Origin: Candidatus Yanofskybacteria bacterium
GTDB taxonomy: Bacteria; Patescibacteriota; Minisyncoccia; 2-02-FULL-40-12; IGHO2-01-FULL-4-A
Direction of reading: 5' to 3'
Assembly: GCA_016185545.1 (NCBI GenBank)
Contig: JACPNJ010000002.1
Location: 51,299 to 115,298, forward strand
Length of the DNA stretch: 64,000 nucleotides
This document shows, piece by piece, positions 12,216 to 22,994 of this stretch (positions are counted from its first letter, which is position 1; every line of letters begins with the position of its first letter). Under the pieces are notes generated by a model. That model was given only the letters and a program-made list of their open reading frames with translations, had not been told where the DNA came from and made no database searches. The position numbers and the translations under genes were made by a program.

Positions 12216-12782
12216 CTAATTCTGTCCTGCATCGTATATGCAATCATTTACAGCTGTCGTACATGTTTCAGTGATGCCAGGTGTGTCTGCCCCCCCCGAC
12301 GGAATCCCCCAGCCAACAACAGGTATGTCCCCGTCACTTTGAAGAGCGTTTCTGTTGTTTTGCTCTAACTCTGCCGAAACCCGCATCTTGGTTGGAGTGG
12401 TAGCTGGATCGGCAGTATATTCATAACACCTTACAGAAGCAGTTACGGCTCCGCTAAGCGTATTCGTGCAACCAACGGCCAACGGGTCTCGTGGAATATT
12501 TGTTAAGTAGGTCGGTGTGAGAGGGGTCATATCGGTCGTAACCATGTATTTACCTAGGTCATCAAAATAAAGCTCCAATGCCGAACGGATCTGATTAACA
12601 TCAGCAATACGCTTGGCATCTCTGGCCTTGGCGCGCGCCACGCCTAATTGCAACAATAACAAAGTTGCCAAAATTGAAATAATGGCAATAACAACCAACA
12701 ATTCGACCAGAGTGAAACCACGCATATCCTTTCTGCCCAGGTTAGGACTCTTAAAACCCAAAAAACTTAAAAGATTCGACAC
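12216..12782 (-). CDS. type IV major pilin / GspG-like pilin
   Basis: RG|FTLVELLVVIAII, KARDAKRIAD...ALELYF...IPRDP; GTG start. Confidence 0.9.
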   Translation of the reverse strand: MSNLLSFLGFKSPNLGRKDMRGFTLVELLVVIAIISILATLLLLQLGVARAKARDAKRIADVNQIRSALELYFDDLGKYMVTTDMTPLTPTYLTNIPRDPLAVGCTNTLSGAVTASVRCYEYTADPATTPTKMRVSAELEQNNRNALQSDGDIPVVGWGIPSGGADTPGITETCTTAVNDCIYDAGQN

Positions 12783-12985
12783 TTTTTGACTAGCGACAGC
12801 GATTAGCGATTAGCGATTAGCAAAATACCAGACGCTAATTACAGCAAGCTATGCGCTTAATTAATAAAAAGATAATTAATAAAAAGACCTTTAATGAATT
12901 ATAAATCGCTTGAAAATTAAGGGCAAATGGAGTTATGCACAATGGGGCAGGGCTTAAGGTTTAGAAAATTTTACTATACCCTAGT

Positions 12986-14194
12986 TCAGGCGCCTCCAAC
13001 CAAACTATAAATCGGCAACAAAACTGCTGAAACCAAAAGGCCGACGCCTAGCCCCAAAATTAATATCAATACCGGTTCTATCAATTGTGAAAGATTCTGG
13101 ACGCTGTTTTCCGATTCTGCTTTATAGAAATTAAAAATATTTTCAAGCATAAAGTCGGTTCGGCCGGTTTTTTCGCCAATGGCCAGCATAGAAACAACCA
13201 GCGGCGGAATTTCTTTGTATTTCTCAAAGACTTCGGAAATTGTGCCCCCTCCTTGGACATTTTCCTTTGCCCTAAGCAAGATGTCTTGGTATGTGGCGTT
13301 TCCTACCACATCTGAAGTAATACTGATCCCATCTAGAATCGGCACGCCTGATTTTATTAGGACGGAAAGTGTCTCGGCAATGCGCGCCAGATAAAAACTT
13401 CTGATCGTTTTGCCAAATTGCGGCATTCTTAGTTTAAAATTATCAAACTGGCTGTGACCACGCGGCGTTTTAATGTAATAAAAAAGTAAAATTATTGCGC
13501 CAATTATCAAAATCAGCAAAAAAACAAAGTATTGGTTGATAAAACTGGTTACAGCAATTAAAACTTTGGTGGTAAATGGAAGATCCTGAACCCCGGCGTC
13601 CTCAACGATTGAAAGCAGTTTAGGCAAAACAGTGGTTATTAAAATTATCGTGACTACGACCATTGCAAAAAGAATAAAAATCGGATACGCCAGCGCTCCT
13701 TTGATTTTTGAATTCAGAGACGCGCTTCTTTCCAAGTAATCGGCAAGATAAGACAGCGTAGTCTGTAATTTACCCGCCGCCTCGCCAGCCCTTACCAAGC
13801 TGATGTAAAAACGGCCAAAAATTTTCTGGTGCTCGTTCAGGGCCAATGACAACGAGGCGCCACCCTCAATTGAGGAAATGATGATTAAGACAACTTTGCG
13901 GAACGCTTCTTTCTCTATCTGTCTGACCAACGCATGCAAACCCTCAACCAAAGGGACATCGGCTTCAACCAATGTCGCCATTTGCCTGGTGAATAACACA
14001 ATGTCTTTCTGCGACGGCCTGCTGAACGCTGTTGTCAAATCTTGAAGCATTAAGCCCTTTCTAGTTTCCTCCAAGCTTAAAATTGCCAAATTTTTTTGGT
14101 GTAAAACGTTAACTGCCTGGTCTTCAGAGGGTGCTTCAACCTTGCCAGTTATCAGCTCGCCGGTTTGAGTTTTAGCCTGATATAGAAATTCCAA
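12986..14194 (-). CDS. pilC: type IV pilus platform protein PilC / GspF
   Basis: FTRQMATL, AGEAAGKL, ALAYP, GEKTG, LIEP; TTG start. Confidence 0.95.
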   Translation of the reverse strand: MEFLYQAKTQTGELITGKVEAPSEDQAVNVLHQKNLAILSLEETRKGLMLQDLTTAFSRPSQKDIVLFTRQMATLVEADVPLVEGLHALVRQIEKEAFRKVVLIIISSIEGGASLSLALNEHQKIFGRFYISLVRAGEAAGKLQTTLSYLADYLERSASLNSKIKGALAYPIFILFAMVVVTIILITTVLPKLLSIVEDAGVQDLPFTTKVLIAVTSFINQYFVFLLILIIGAIILLFYYIKTPRGHSQFDNFKLRMPQFGKTIRSFYLARIAETLSVLIKSGVPILDGISITSDVVGNATYQDILLRAKENVQGGGTISEVFEKYKEIPPLVVSMLAIGEKTGRTDFMLENIFNFYKAESENSVQNLSQLIEPVLILILGLGVGLLVSAVLLPIYSLVGGA

Positions 14195-14274
14195 AACTAG
14201 GTTCTAGGTTCTAGGTTCTAGGTTCTAGGTTCTAGTTAAATTCAAACTAGAAACTAACAACCAGAAACTAGCAA
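14195..14274 (-). repeat. intergenic heptamer-repeat hairpin (CTAGGTT x5)
   Basis: five perfect units 14197-14231 opposite degenerate AAACTAG units that run into the pilT stop. Confidence 0.92.
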
Positions 14275-15444
14275 CTATTTGAGGAGGGTTCTTAATTCCG
14301 CCGGATGCAATGAATAAAACTCGGCTTGTTCATATGAAATTTCGCCGCGGCGCACCAAATCAGCCAAGGAACGATTCAGTGAAATCATACCTGAATCAGA
14401 ACCGGTTTCTATGGCCAAATTTAATTGTTGGGTCTTGTTTTCGCGAATAATATTCCGTACGGCTGGAGTGGCAATCATTACTTCAATTGCCGGTATTAGT
14501 CCGCCTTTAATTCGTGGAATTAATCTTATGGAAACAACACCTGAGATGGTACTGGCTAATTGGGAAATAATCTGCCCTTGCTGTCCCGGCGGAAAAATAT
14601 TAATAATTCTTTCTATGCTTTGGGCGGCGTTATTGGTGTGGAGAGAAGCAAAAACAAGATGTCCGGTTTCAGCCGCCGTCACGGCTGTGCTGATAGTGTC
14701 ATAGTCGCGCATCTCCCCCACCATTATTACATTTACATTCTCGCGAAAAGTCGAACGCAAGGCTTTATTGAAAGAAACTGTGTCAAAGTAAACCTCGCGT
14801 TGGTCAATTATACTTTTATCTGAAGTAAAAATGTATTCTATGGGATCTTCTATGGTTATTATTTTTTCAGCCCTTTCATGATTAATCAAATCGATCACGG
14901 CCGCCATGGTCGTGGACTTGCCGTGGCCATTGGGTCCTACCACGAGCACAAAGCCCTGTGATAACTTGGCAAATATTTTTAAAATGGGCGGCAAATTAAG
15001 TTCTTCTATCGATTTAATATCTTCGGGAATAAGACGGAAAGCGGCGGCAAAACTGCCCCTAGTTTGATAAACATTAACCCGAAAACGAAGCTTACTGCTT
15101 ATTTCATAAGCGAAATCAAGCTCTTTTTCGATCAGAAATTTTTCTTTCGGCCCATCGGTCAGCAATGATAAAACCATATTATTAAGCAATTGCTTATCCA
15201 AAATTTTATGGTCAATCAGCGGTATTAACCGCCAGTCTACGCGAATAGCCGGATAATAACCGGGCGATAAATGCAAATCGGAACCGCCTTTCTGCGCGGT
15301 AACGTTCAGGAGCTCGTCCAACTGCTTTTTGTAATCTTGCAAATCAGCGGCATGTGAAACTGGCTGCGGGACAATGATCGGCTGCGGAGTTGCAACATTT
15401 TTAGCCATCGCTTCCTGTATTTTTTGTGATGTATCGTCGCTCAT
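14275..15444 (-). CDS. pilT: pilus retraction ATPase
   Basis: SDLHL, Walker A GPNGHGKST, TIEDPIEY, VGEMRD, AAETGHLV. Confidence 0.93.
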   Translation of the reverse strand: MSDDTSQKIQEAMAKNVATPQPIIVPQPVSHAADLQDYKKQLDELLNVTAQKGGSDLHLSPGYYPAIRVDWRLIPLIDHKILDKQLLNNMVLSLLTDGPKEKFLIEKELDFAYEISSKLRFRVNVYQTRGSFAAAFRLIPEDIKSIEELNLPPILKIFAKLSQGFVLVVGPNGHGKSTTMAAVIDLINHERAEKIITIEDPIEYIFTSDKSIIDQREVYFDTVSFNKALRSTFRENVNVIMVGEMRDYDTISTAVTAAETGHLVFASLHTNNAAQSIERIINIFPPGQQGQIISQLASTISGVVSIRLIPRIKGGLIPAIEVMIATPAVRNIIRENKTQQLNLAIETGSDSGMISLNRSLADLVRRGEISYEQAEFYSLHPAELRTLLK

Positions 15445-15524
15445 AGCGATAAGTTAAAAGTTTATAAAGTTAAAAAGATAATCACCCTCACTTTAAAAAC
15501 TTTATGAACTTGATAAACTTTTAA

Positions 15525-17279
15525 CTAATTCTCTTCGGCTTCCTGCGCCACCGTCAGCAACTCTTCCAGTGAGGTTACGCCGTTTAATACTTTTATTATA
15601 CCGTCCTGGAACATGGTTATCATGCCCTGGCGTTTTGCTTCCGCGCGCAGTTCTTCCTCGGAAATATTAGTCAGTATTATTTTTTCAAGCTCATCGGTCA
15701 TCGCTAATGTTTCAAATACACCGACTCGTCCTTTATAGGCACGGCCACCGCATTCTTTACAACCCTCGGAGCCTGGCTTATAAATCTCAAAATTGCCGTT
15801 GGGAAGATCCTTTTTGGTCACGGAAGGCATTTTTTCAATGGCTTGGCGAATCATAAACTCTTCGCCCTGATTGGCTCTTTCCTTAACCTTGCAAACCTGA
15901 CAAAGACGCCTTGCCAGTCTTTGAGCTACGACAAGATTGAGGGTTGGGGCAAGGAGGTATTTTTCAACATTCATATCTATCAATCGCGGAATTGCACCAA
16001 TAGTATCATTTGTATGAAGCGTTGAAAGAACGACATGGCCAGTTAAAGCCGCCTGTGTTGCTAAACCGGCAGTTTCACTGTCGCGTATTTCTCCGACCAT
16101 GATAATATCCGGGTCCTGCCGCAAAATATGTCTTAAACCGTTTGCAAAAGTATACCCGATTTCTTCATGAGTTTGCGATTGATTAACTCCGTCCACAAAA
16201 TATTCAATCGGGTCTTCTAGAGTAACTATGTTTACTTCTTCATCGTTAATTTCACGTAATACCGCCGCTAGTGTGGTTGATTTGCCGGAACCGGTAGGTC
16301 CGGTAATCAGAATTTCGCCAAATGGTTTAACCATATTCTCACGAATCAGTTCCAATGATCTTCCCTCAAGCCCCAATTCAGTCAGTTTAATGTCGCCAAC
16401 CAATGGATCTAAAATTCTTAATACAACCTTTTCCCCGTTTCTGGTAGGAAAGGTAGAAACTCTGAAATCAACCCGTCTTTCCCCCACCTTAGTGGAAAAT
16501 CTGCCGTCCTGTGCCAGACGGGTTTCGTCAATTTTCAAATCCGAAAGTATTTTAATTCTTGTCACTATTGCTGAAAGCAATCTGATGGGCAAAGAAAGGA
16601 CTGTCCGCAATACGCCGTCAATGCGAAATCTCAACCGGATCTTGTCTTCAAACGGTTCAATATGAATATCTGAGGCGCGGGTCTCAACTGCATGTTTGAC
16701 AACAATGGCAACAATGCGGGTTACTGGGGCTTCGGCGGTTATTTCTTCCAAGCCACCGGTTTTTTCGCTGATTTTGAGTTCTTTTTGGGTCGCTTCTTCA
16801 GTCAGTTGTTCCAGCGCCCGACCCACTTCGGATGTCAACGTACGCACGTTTTTGCTCAAATTATCAAAATCCTTGTAACTTATGAGGTATTTTTCAAGAT
16901 TAAGGCCGCGATCAAAAGCGATAAACTTAACAGCCTCAAGAGCGTTAATATTTTCAGGATCTATGATGCCGACTTTCAATACTGAGTTATCTCTGGCAAA
17001 GGGTAAAATTTTATAATAACTGATTATATTTTCCGGAATATCCTTAACCACCTCTCTGTCAATTTCAACGCCTGAAATATCAGTAACCGGAAGCTGATAA
17101 ATCCTGGATTTGATTTTTAAAAGTTCGGGGTCGCTAATTAAATTCTTTTTAATCAAAATTTCTCCGAAATCTTTCTGATTTTCGGCTGCCTCTTTTTCAG
17201 CATCATTAACAACTTCGGGACTTAAAAGTTTCTGCCTTTGTAGTTCCTCTATTAATAATTGTGGGAGTTGATAAGCCAA
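15525..17279 (-). CDS. pilB: pilus assembly ATPase PilB / GspE
   Basis: ASDIHIEP, GPTGSGKST, LRQDPDIIMVGEIRD, CxxC pairs; TTG start. Confidence 0.95.
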   Translation of the reverse strand: MAYQLPQLLIEELQRQKLLSPEVVNDAEKEAAENQKDFGEILIKKNLISDPELLKIKSRIYQLPVTDISGVEIDREVVKDIPENIISYYKILPFARDNSVLKVGIIDPENINALEAVKFIAFDRGLNLEKYLISYKDFDNLSKNVRTLTSEVGRALEQLTEEATQKELKISEKTGGLEEITAEAPVTRIVAIVVKHAVETRASDIHIEPFEDKIRLRFRIDGVLRTVLSLPIRLLSAIVTRIKILSDLKIDETRLAQDGRFSTKVGERRVDFRVSTFPTRNGEKVVLRILDPLVGDIKLTELGLEGRSLELIRENMVKPFGEILITGPTGSGKSTTLAAVLREINDEEVNIVTLEDPIEYFVDGVNQSQTHEEIGYTFANGLRHILRQDPDIIMVGEIRDSETAGLATQAALTGHVVLSTLHTNDTIGAIPRLIDMNVEKYLLAPTLNLVVAQRLARRLCQVCKVKERANQGEEFMIRQAIEKMPSVTKKDLPNGNFEIYKPGSEGCKECGGRAYKGRVGVFETLAMTDELEKIILTNISEEELRAEAKRQGMITMFQDGIIKVLNGVTSLEELLTVAQEAEEN

Positions 17280-17356
17280 AGAACTGAGGTTTAGAGTTCA
17301 GAGTTTAGAGTTTAGAAAATAAACTACACTCTATATCCTGCGCCCTATACCCCGTC

Positions 17357-17644
17357 TTAGAATGGCGCAAAGGGATCAGCGCGCCCCGTTGAACCGGGTT
17401 GAACCGGAGATTCCCCAAAAATCCGCAAAGCCTTAAAAGCCAAGCCGTCCAATACGGAAAAATCAAGCTTTAAGTCTTTAAATTTGGCGAGTCCGTCATC
17501 GGCAGAAATATCAATTGGTGAAATTGGAATAACCTGATCTTGCAATGCCTGGCTGTAATAAAAATAACCAACAATAAGACCAAACAGGGCTATTGCAACT
17601 AATATTAATAAACTAGTTGTGTTTCTGGTTGGAGCAATCGGCAT
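17357..17644 (-). CDS. small membrane-anchored pilus-locus protein
   Basis: N-terminal TM, C-terminal GRADPFAPF; lies between pilO and pilB. Confidence 0.65.
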   Translation of the reverse strand: MPIAPTRNTTSLLILVAIALFGLIVGYFYYSQALQDQVIPISPIDISADDGLAKFKDLKLDFSVLDGLAFKALRIFGESPVQPGSTGRADPFAPF

Positions 17645-17714
17645 TAACTAAGTTGTGGGTTACAGGTTATAGGTTATAGAAAACTTACTATCACCCATCA
17701 CCCGATTCCTATTC

Positions 17715-18236
17715 CTACTTCAAATAATATGCATTCATCTTAATCCCAAAATTAATATTACCCAAAGAGATAGTGGAAGACACGGCAGTGATGTCAAAAA
17801 TGTCATAAAGCCGAAGGCTTTGCTCCGCTAACTTAAGAAAATTAATAAAGGCCGGATAGGTACCGACAATATCTGCGCCGATAAAAATCTTTTTATATTC
17901 CGATTCTCCCACAAACAGCGCCTCCGAAGTGGTCAAACCTGATAATTGCATACCAGATTGCTCCATAATTTTATGGATACTTGATACTAACTCGTCAATC
18001 TGTTTACGTTCCGGCAGGAACGCCTTGATTTTACTGATATCCGCCTGGCGCAAACCGGCTTGACGATCTAATTCAAAAATATTATCTAAAAGCGCCGTTT
18101 TCCCATTTAAAAACAGCTGTCTGGAATTAACTGCCTCTTTGGCAGCTTTAATCGCGTCGTACTGAGGCAAAACCAAAACAAAAACCAAAAAAAGCGCGAA
18201 AGCAAAAATAATTGCGGCAAGGGTGTTCTTCTGCAT
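17715..18236 (-). CDS. pilO: PilO-like protein
   Basis: TM plus coiled coil, LP...GTYPAFINFL...RLYDI pattern; operon position. Confidence 0.8.
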   Translation of the reverse strand: MQKNTLAAIIFAFALFLVFVLVLPQYDAIKAAKEAVNSRQLFLNGKTALLDNIFELDRQAGLRQADISKIKAFLPERKQIDELVSSIHKIMEQSGMQLSGLTTSEALFVGESEYKKIFIGADIVGTYPAFINFLKLAEQSLRLYDIFDITAVSSTISLGNINFGIKMNAYYLK

Positions 18237-18331
18237 CGCTTATGCTTAGCAACGCCAATATGCGAATTGCGTATCCTGTTTGCAAAGCAATCTAGGAACA
18301 TCTTAATTCGCGCATTTGCGTCAGGTTTTAT

Positions 18332-18880
18332 TTATTTCTTCATCAAAAACTTATTCGAATCAAAAAACAATTGCATTGTTAATTCCACTTGCCCCGTGGG
18401 TTGGCTTTGAACTTTGTTTAAGATTATGTCTGTTAGGGAATCAACGGTATAAAACGACGCAATCTGTCTGGCAATTACGGTATAGTTGGCGGCTACAGCG
18501 TTAATTATCATCTTCTTGCCTAAAGCATCGGCGCTCACCGATGTGAATTGCACTTGCGGCTGTACCAAACTTTGAATCTTGATAAAAGCTTCGGACCAGA
18601 AGAAATGTGAACTTATGAGTGGATTCACCACGGTTAACTGTTTATTTAAACCCAAAAGCCGTGTCTCCAATTCTTTATTTCTGGATTTTTCCAAATCTAC
18701 CAGCTGGTCATCTATAGAAGAAAGGGTAGAAAACAATGACTGCCTATATGTCAATAAGATAAAATAAAGACCCAGTGTCAGCGCTAAAATAATAAAACTA
18801 AAAACCAGGAATCTGTTTTGTCCCGGCAATTTTACTTCTATTTTCTTCCTAGTTTCCGGAAGAAGTTGTAATCCTCCCAC
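18332..18880 (-). CDS. pilN: PilN-like protein (start may be the in-frame CTG at 18889)
   Basis: QLLP N-terminus, TM, coiled coil; lies between pilM and pilO. Confidence 0.75.
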   Translation of the reverse strand: MGGLQLLPETRKKIEVKLPGQNRFLVFSFIILALTLGLYFILLTYRQSLFSTLSSIDDQLVDLEKSRNKELETRLLGLNKQLTVVNPLISSHFFWSEAFIKIQSLVQPQVQFTSVSADALGKKMIINAVAANYTVIARQIASFYTVDSLTDIILNKVQSQPTGQVELTMQLFFDSNKFLMKK

Positions 18881-19069
18881 ATCAGGCAGAGTTAGGTTAT
18901 AGGTTATAGGTTATAGGTTTTAGGTTTTAATTATCCGAAAACCAAAAAGACTAACAACCCTCCTTTTATTATAAACTAAGGCGTTGATTTTGTTATGCAC
19001 ATATGCGCCTAGGGTTAGATTTTAGATTTGATTATCTAACACCTATCACCTATAACCTAACACCTAGTT

Positions 19070-20191
19070 TCAGATTTCTCTCATTGCAAGTCCGATGGCT
19101 AAGGTAAGAGTAGTATTAAGTTCCGACTGTATTTTTTCTAATTCCTTGGGTACAATGAGCCGGGCTGAAGGATTGCCAATGGCCAACGGGAGTCCAAGTT
19201 TGGTTCCAAAATAATTCGCAAAATTAGGCATATTGGCAAGACCGCCAACTAAAATCACTCTGCTAATTTTGATATTTTTAAGTTCTTCGTAACTATGGAT
19301 TGTTTTTTTGGTCTCAAAGGCCATCATATCAATAAGAGAACTCATGGCCTGTTGGATCACATTATTATTCGCGTCTTTAATCCCGAGGCTTCTTTTCAAT
19401 TCTTCGGCCCGCTTTAAACTAATATTCAAGGAGTTGGATATCGTTTTCGTTATTTCGAATCCCCCGATTTCGTAGTTGTGGCCTATTCTCTCATAGCCCC
19501 CATCTACAATCAGGATTGAAGTGCTACGTCCGCCGATATTGATTATGGCAGCCGGACTTAAATCATTGCCCAAAAGCGCTCTTATTAAAGCTGAATTTTC
19601 TAATTCTAAAGCTCGGAGATTCAAACCGGCTAGTTTCATGATATCCCTGTAGCGCTCCGTCTCCTGTTTCGGTACCGCGACAAGAAAAACTTCCACAACT
19701 GGCGGCTTGGCACCGCCGGATATCGGAGGTACGAGATTAGAAGTTGAAATTGATTGATTTAACTTCTGATTTGCTATATTAATTATTGACCAGTCAAGAA
19801 CCACATCATTGATCGGCAGAGGGATATATTTGCGGGCTTCAAACGGGATACTCTTGGCCATGTCTTTTTCTGAAAGGTACGGCATAGTTATTATAGTGGA
19901 AAATGTTGAAAAAGAGGGAATAGATGCTACAGCGTCGCGAGTTTTGATTTTACTGCGCTTAAGAACCTCGCGCATTCCCCATGCTAAGTCCTGACTGGAT
20001 AATTGCGCCGCCCCGCCTGCGGAACGGTTTGCCGCATTTAACGCCTCGTCGACTGATTCAAGCTCAAAAAGGCCGTAATTTTCCAGCTTGAAACGTCCCG
20101 CCTCTTTCGATAATTCTACTATCTTAATAGAAGCCGTACCGATATCTATGCCAAGTTTACTTTTGGGTTTGCCAAAGTCGAAAAAAGACAA
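19070..20191 (-). CDS. pilM: type IV pilus assembly protein PilM
   Basis: LGIDIGTASIKIVEL, EARKYIP, actin-like VGGLA; TTG start. Confidence 0.95.
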   Translation of the reverse strand: MSFFDFGKPKSKLGIDIGTASIKIVELSKEAGRFKLENYGLFELESVDEALNAANRSAGGAAQLSSQDLAWGMREVLKRSKIKTRDAVASIPSFSTFSTIITMPYLSEKDMAKSIPFEARKYIPLPINDVVLDWSIINIANQKLNQSISTSNLVPPISGGAKPPVVEVFLVAVPKQETERYRDIMKLAGLNLRALELENSALIRALLGNDLSPAAIINIGGRSTSILIVDGGYERIGHNYEIGGFEITKTISNSLNISLKRAEELKRSLGIKDANNNVIQQAMSSLIDMMAFETKKTIHSYEELKNIKISRVILVGGLANMPNFANYFGTKLGLPLAIGNPSARLIVPKELEKIQSELNTTLTLAIGLAMREI

Positions 20192-20195
20192 AAAA

Positions 20196-20262
20196 GGTGT
20201 CAGGTGTCAGGTGTCAGGTGTCAGGTTTTTTATGTAACCTGAAACCTATGACCTGTAACCTA
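20196..20262 (-). repeat. heptamer-repeat hairpin in the pilM leader (AGGTGTC x4)
   Basis: perfect AGGTGTC units opposite degenerate ACCT-containing units; TATAAT-like -10 just upstream on the minus strand. Confidence 0.9.
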
Positions 20263-20356
20263 TTTCAACTATTGTCATTATACCACTAAAGGTTTTATGG
20301 TTTATGCACATCCCGTACAAACAAGTTCGTTGGGGAATACTTCATTCGGGGCACAT

Positions 20357-21112
20357 ATGTCATCTTTCAAAGAACAATTTTTGGATATCCTTTTCCCGCG
20401 GCACTGTTTGGGCTGTGATGTTTTATTGGGAAAAGAAGCGGTTTCTTATGTTTGCCGGCGCTGTTTAAAGACCATCCCTTTCACTGAAAGTTTTGCTTGC
20501 ACGTTTTGCAAATCGCCGGTTAAAAACGGCAAAACTTGTCCGTATTGCATTAAAAATCATTTTCTGGACGAACTGTTTGTTACAACTTCTTATGAAAATC
20601 CGCTGGCAGAAAAAATGCTGAAAACCATGAAATACCGATTCGTCGCATCACTGGCAAACGATATTGCCGATCTAATGATCGGGTATCTTAAAAAGAGGGC
20701 AGTAATCGGACTAGGACCTTACTCAACGCCTTCCTTAGTTGTGCCGGTACCGCTGCATTTTAAAAGATTGAATTGGCGCGGATTCAATCAGGCCGAGATT
20801 ATCGGCCGGCAAATCAGCAATTATTTAGAATTGGATTTTGCCGCAGACGCACTCAAACGCGTCAAGAATAAAAAGCCGCAAGCCGATATGCCGAACCGAT
20901 TTTTACGCATTAAAAACGCTCAAAATGTTTTTAAACTTAATTCAATTCATATACATCATAAGACAATAGATGACACATTAACTGGCAAAATAGTGCTCCT
21001 TGTGGATGATATCTCAACTACCGGTTCAACGTTAGACGATTGCGCCCGCGCCTTAAAAGGCGCGGGCGCGAAAAAAGTGATCGGTTTCGTCTTTGCAAGA
21101 AATAAAATCTAA
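20357..21112 (+). CDS. comF: ComF family phosphoribosyltransferase-like competence protein
   Basis: LFPRHCLGC zinc ribbons, VPVPLH..R...RGFNQA, LLVDDISTTGST; start placed at ATG 20357. Confidence 0.92.
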   Translation: MSSFKEQFLDILFPRHCLGCDVLLGKEAVSYVCRRCLKTIPFTESFACTFCKSPVKNGKTCPYCIKNHFLDELFVTTSYENPLAEKMLKTMKYRFVASLANDIADLMIGYLKKRAVIGLGPYSTPSLVVPVPLHFKRLNWRGFNQAEIIGRQISNYLELDFAADALKRVKNKKPQADMPNRFLRIKNAQNVFKLNSIHIHHKTIDDTLTGKIVLLVDDISTTGSTLDDCARALKGAGAKKVIGFVFARNKI

Positions 21113-21987
21113 TCTAAAATGGTTTTGGCAATTTTATTCAATTCTTCGAGTGTAGAAAACTTAATAACAATATTGCCGCCGTTGATGCCGGTTCTGATGA
21201 AAACCGCCGCGCCGAGATTTTTGGACAGATTCTGCTGAAGTTCTTCAAACTTGGACCCCGCTGTTTGCGGCATTTCCCTTCCGGCTGATTTGTGCGCCTT
21301 TGCCGCTCCCTCAAGATCCCGCACCACGATATTGCCGGTAAGGATTTGCTTATACATCTCTCGCTGTTTACTCTCGTCCTTGAAAGCCAAAAGCGTTCGC
21401 GCGTGAGTTCGGCTGATTTTACCCACTCGCAATGCCGCTTTAATATCAGCCGGCAAATCAAGCAGCCTTATGGCATTGGCGACAACTTCGCGGCTTTTGC
21501 CGACTTTATTTGCAATATCTTTCTGGGTCAGCTTAAACTCGCTGGCTAACCTGGCATAAGCCTCGGCTTCTTCAAGCGGATTAAGGTCTTCGCGCTGAAT
21601 ATTTTCAACCAACGCCACCTCTAATTTAAGCCGGCTTTCGTCAAAATTATCTTTCACGATAACCGGCACATGCGGCAATCCAGCCATTTTTGCCGCGCGC
21701 CATCGGCGCTCCCCCGCCAGCAGTTCGTAACTGACATCCAGCCCCCTTTCGGTTTCCTCCTCCATCTTTGTAACAAGCAATGGCTGCAAGATACCGTATT
21801 TCTTGATTGAAGCCGCAAGTTCCTTGAGCCCGTCTTTATCAAAATCACGCCTCGGCTGATTAGCGTTGGGCTTAATTTTATTTATCTCAATATAAAAGAC
21901 GTTGTCCTGAATTTTTGGCGTAACCTTATTTGTCTTAGCCGGTATCAGCGACTCAAGGCCGCGACCCAGACCGAATAACTTCTTCAA
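21109..21987 (-). CDS. parB: chromosome partitioning protein ParB
   Basis: GLGRGLESLI, QPRRDF, AGERRWRA, ENIQREDLNPLEEA, HTH; TTG start. Confidence 0.97.
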   Translation of the reverse strand: MKKLFGLGRGLESLIPAKTNKVTPKIQDNVFYIEINKIKPNANQPRRDFDKDGLKELAASIKKYGILQPLLVTKMEEETERGLDVSYELLAGERRWRAAKMAGLPHVPVIVKDNFDESRLKLEVALVENIQREDLNPLEEAEAYARLASEFKLTQKDIANKVGKSREVVANAIRLLDLPADIKAALRVGKISRTHARTLLAFKDESKQREMYKQILTGNIVVRDLEGAAKAHKSAGREMPQTAGSKFEELQQNLSKNLGAAVFIRTGINGGNIVIKFSTLEELNKIAKTILD

Positions 21988-22056
21988 ATTAGGTTTTAGG
22001 TTTTAGGTTTTAGGTTTTAGGAGTTTATCTAACACCTAAAAACTAACACCTAACAC
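21988..22056 (-). repeat. intergenic heptamer-repeat hairpin (AGGTTTT x4)
   Basis: the parA TAG stop begins the first TAGGTGT unit; CCTAAAA x4 arm ends just before the parB TTG. Confidence 0.92.
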
Positions 22057-22818
22057 CTAGGCAAGCCGAAGTATTTCTTCGGCGAGCTCTTTGTATGCTT
22101 GCGCGCCTTTGGACTTTTCGTCAAATTGCAAAATGGTTTTGCCGAATCCAGGGGCTTCGGCAAGAGAAACCGAACGCGGGATTATTGTTTCAAAAACATG
22201 GCCGGGAAAATTCTTTTTTACTTCGGCCACAATCTCATTGGCCAGTTTGTTTCTCTTATCATACATTGTAAGCAAAACGCCCAAAATCTGCAATCGCGGA
22301 TTAAGCGAGGTACGCACCAAATCAATGGTTTTAAACAGTTGGGTCAAACCTTCAAGCGCGTAATACTCGCACTGAACCGGTATAATTACCTGCTCCGCCA
22401 CCGCAAGACCGTTAATGGTAAGTAAACCCAGCGATGGCGGACTGTCTATTAAAATATAATCATAATTGGTGCGAATTTTGTTGAGGGCGTTTTTTAATTT
22501 AAACTCCCGCTCTTCCATATCAACTAGCTCAACGGTGGCGCCGGCAAGGCTTGCCGCCGAAGGTAAAATATCAAAACCGAAAATTCCGCTTTTTCTTATG
22601 ATTGCCTCCGGTTCTTCGCCGGCAACCAGCGTGTGGTACAGATTGACATGATCGTCTTCCAGTTTGACGCCAAGCCCCGATGTCGCATTTGCCTGCGGAT
22701 CCAAGTCCACCAGCAAAACATACTTGCCCATCGCCGCAAGATAACTCCCTATTGAGCAACTTGTAGTTGTTTTCCCAACGCCCCCTTTCTGATTGAAGAT
22801 TGAAATTATACGGGCCAT
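22057..22818 (-). CDS. parA: chromosome partitioning ATPase ParA/Soj
   Basis: NQKGGVGKTTT, DLDPQANAT, DSPPSLG, LAEAPGFG. Confidence 0.97.
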   Translation of the reverse strand: MARIISIFNQKGGVGKTTTSCSIGSYLAAMGKYVLLVDLDPQANATSGLGVKLEDDHVNLYHTLVAGEEPEAIIRKSGIFGFDILPSAASLAGATVELVDMEEREFKLKNALNKIRTNYDYILIDSPPSLGLLTINGLAVAEQVIIPVQCEYYALEGLTQLFKTIDLVRTSLNPRLQILGVLLTMYDKRNKLANEIVAEVKKNFPGHVFETIIPRSVSLAEAPGFGKTILQFDEKSKGAQAYKELAEEILRLA

Positions 22819-22907
22819 AGATAAACTAATCTTATTATATTTTCATTTGAAAAGCCAGCACAAAAATGTTAAAATAGATTATTCGTAATGTAATACCACC
22901 AGCTGGT

Positions 22908-22992
22908 GCCCGAGTGGCGGAATTGGTTTTACGCGCACGACTCAAAATCGTGTGGTCTCACGACCATGTGGGTTCGACTCCCACCTCGGGCA
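22908..22992 (+). tRNA. tRNA-Leu(CAA)
   Basis: GCCCGAG/CTCGGGC acceptor, CACGA-CTCAAAA-TCGTG anticodon arm, long variable arm, GGTTCGACTCC. Confidence 0.93.
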
Positions 22993-22994
22993 CA

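Noticed and set aside
9675-22056. CRISPR array
   Set aside because: Repeats are 7-9 nt tandem units with no spacers, and no cas genes are present.
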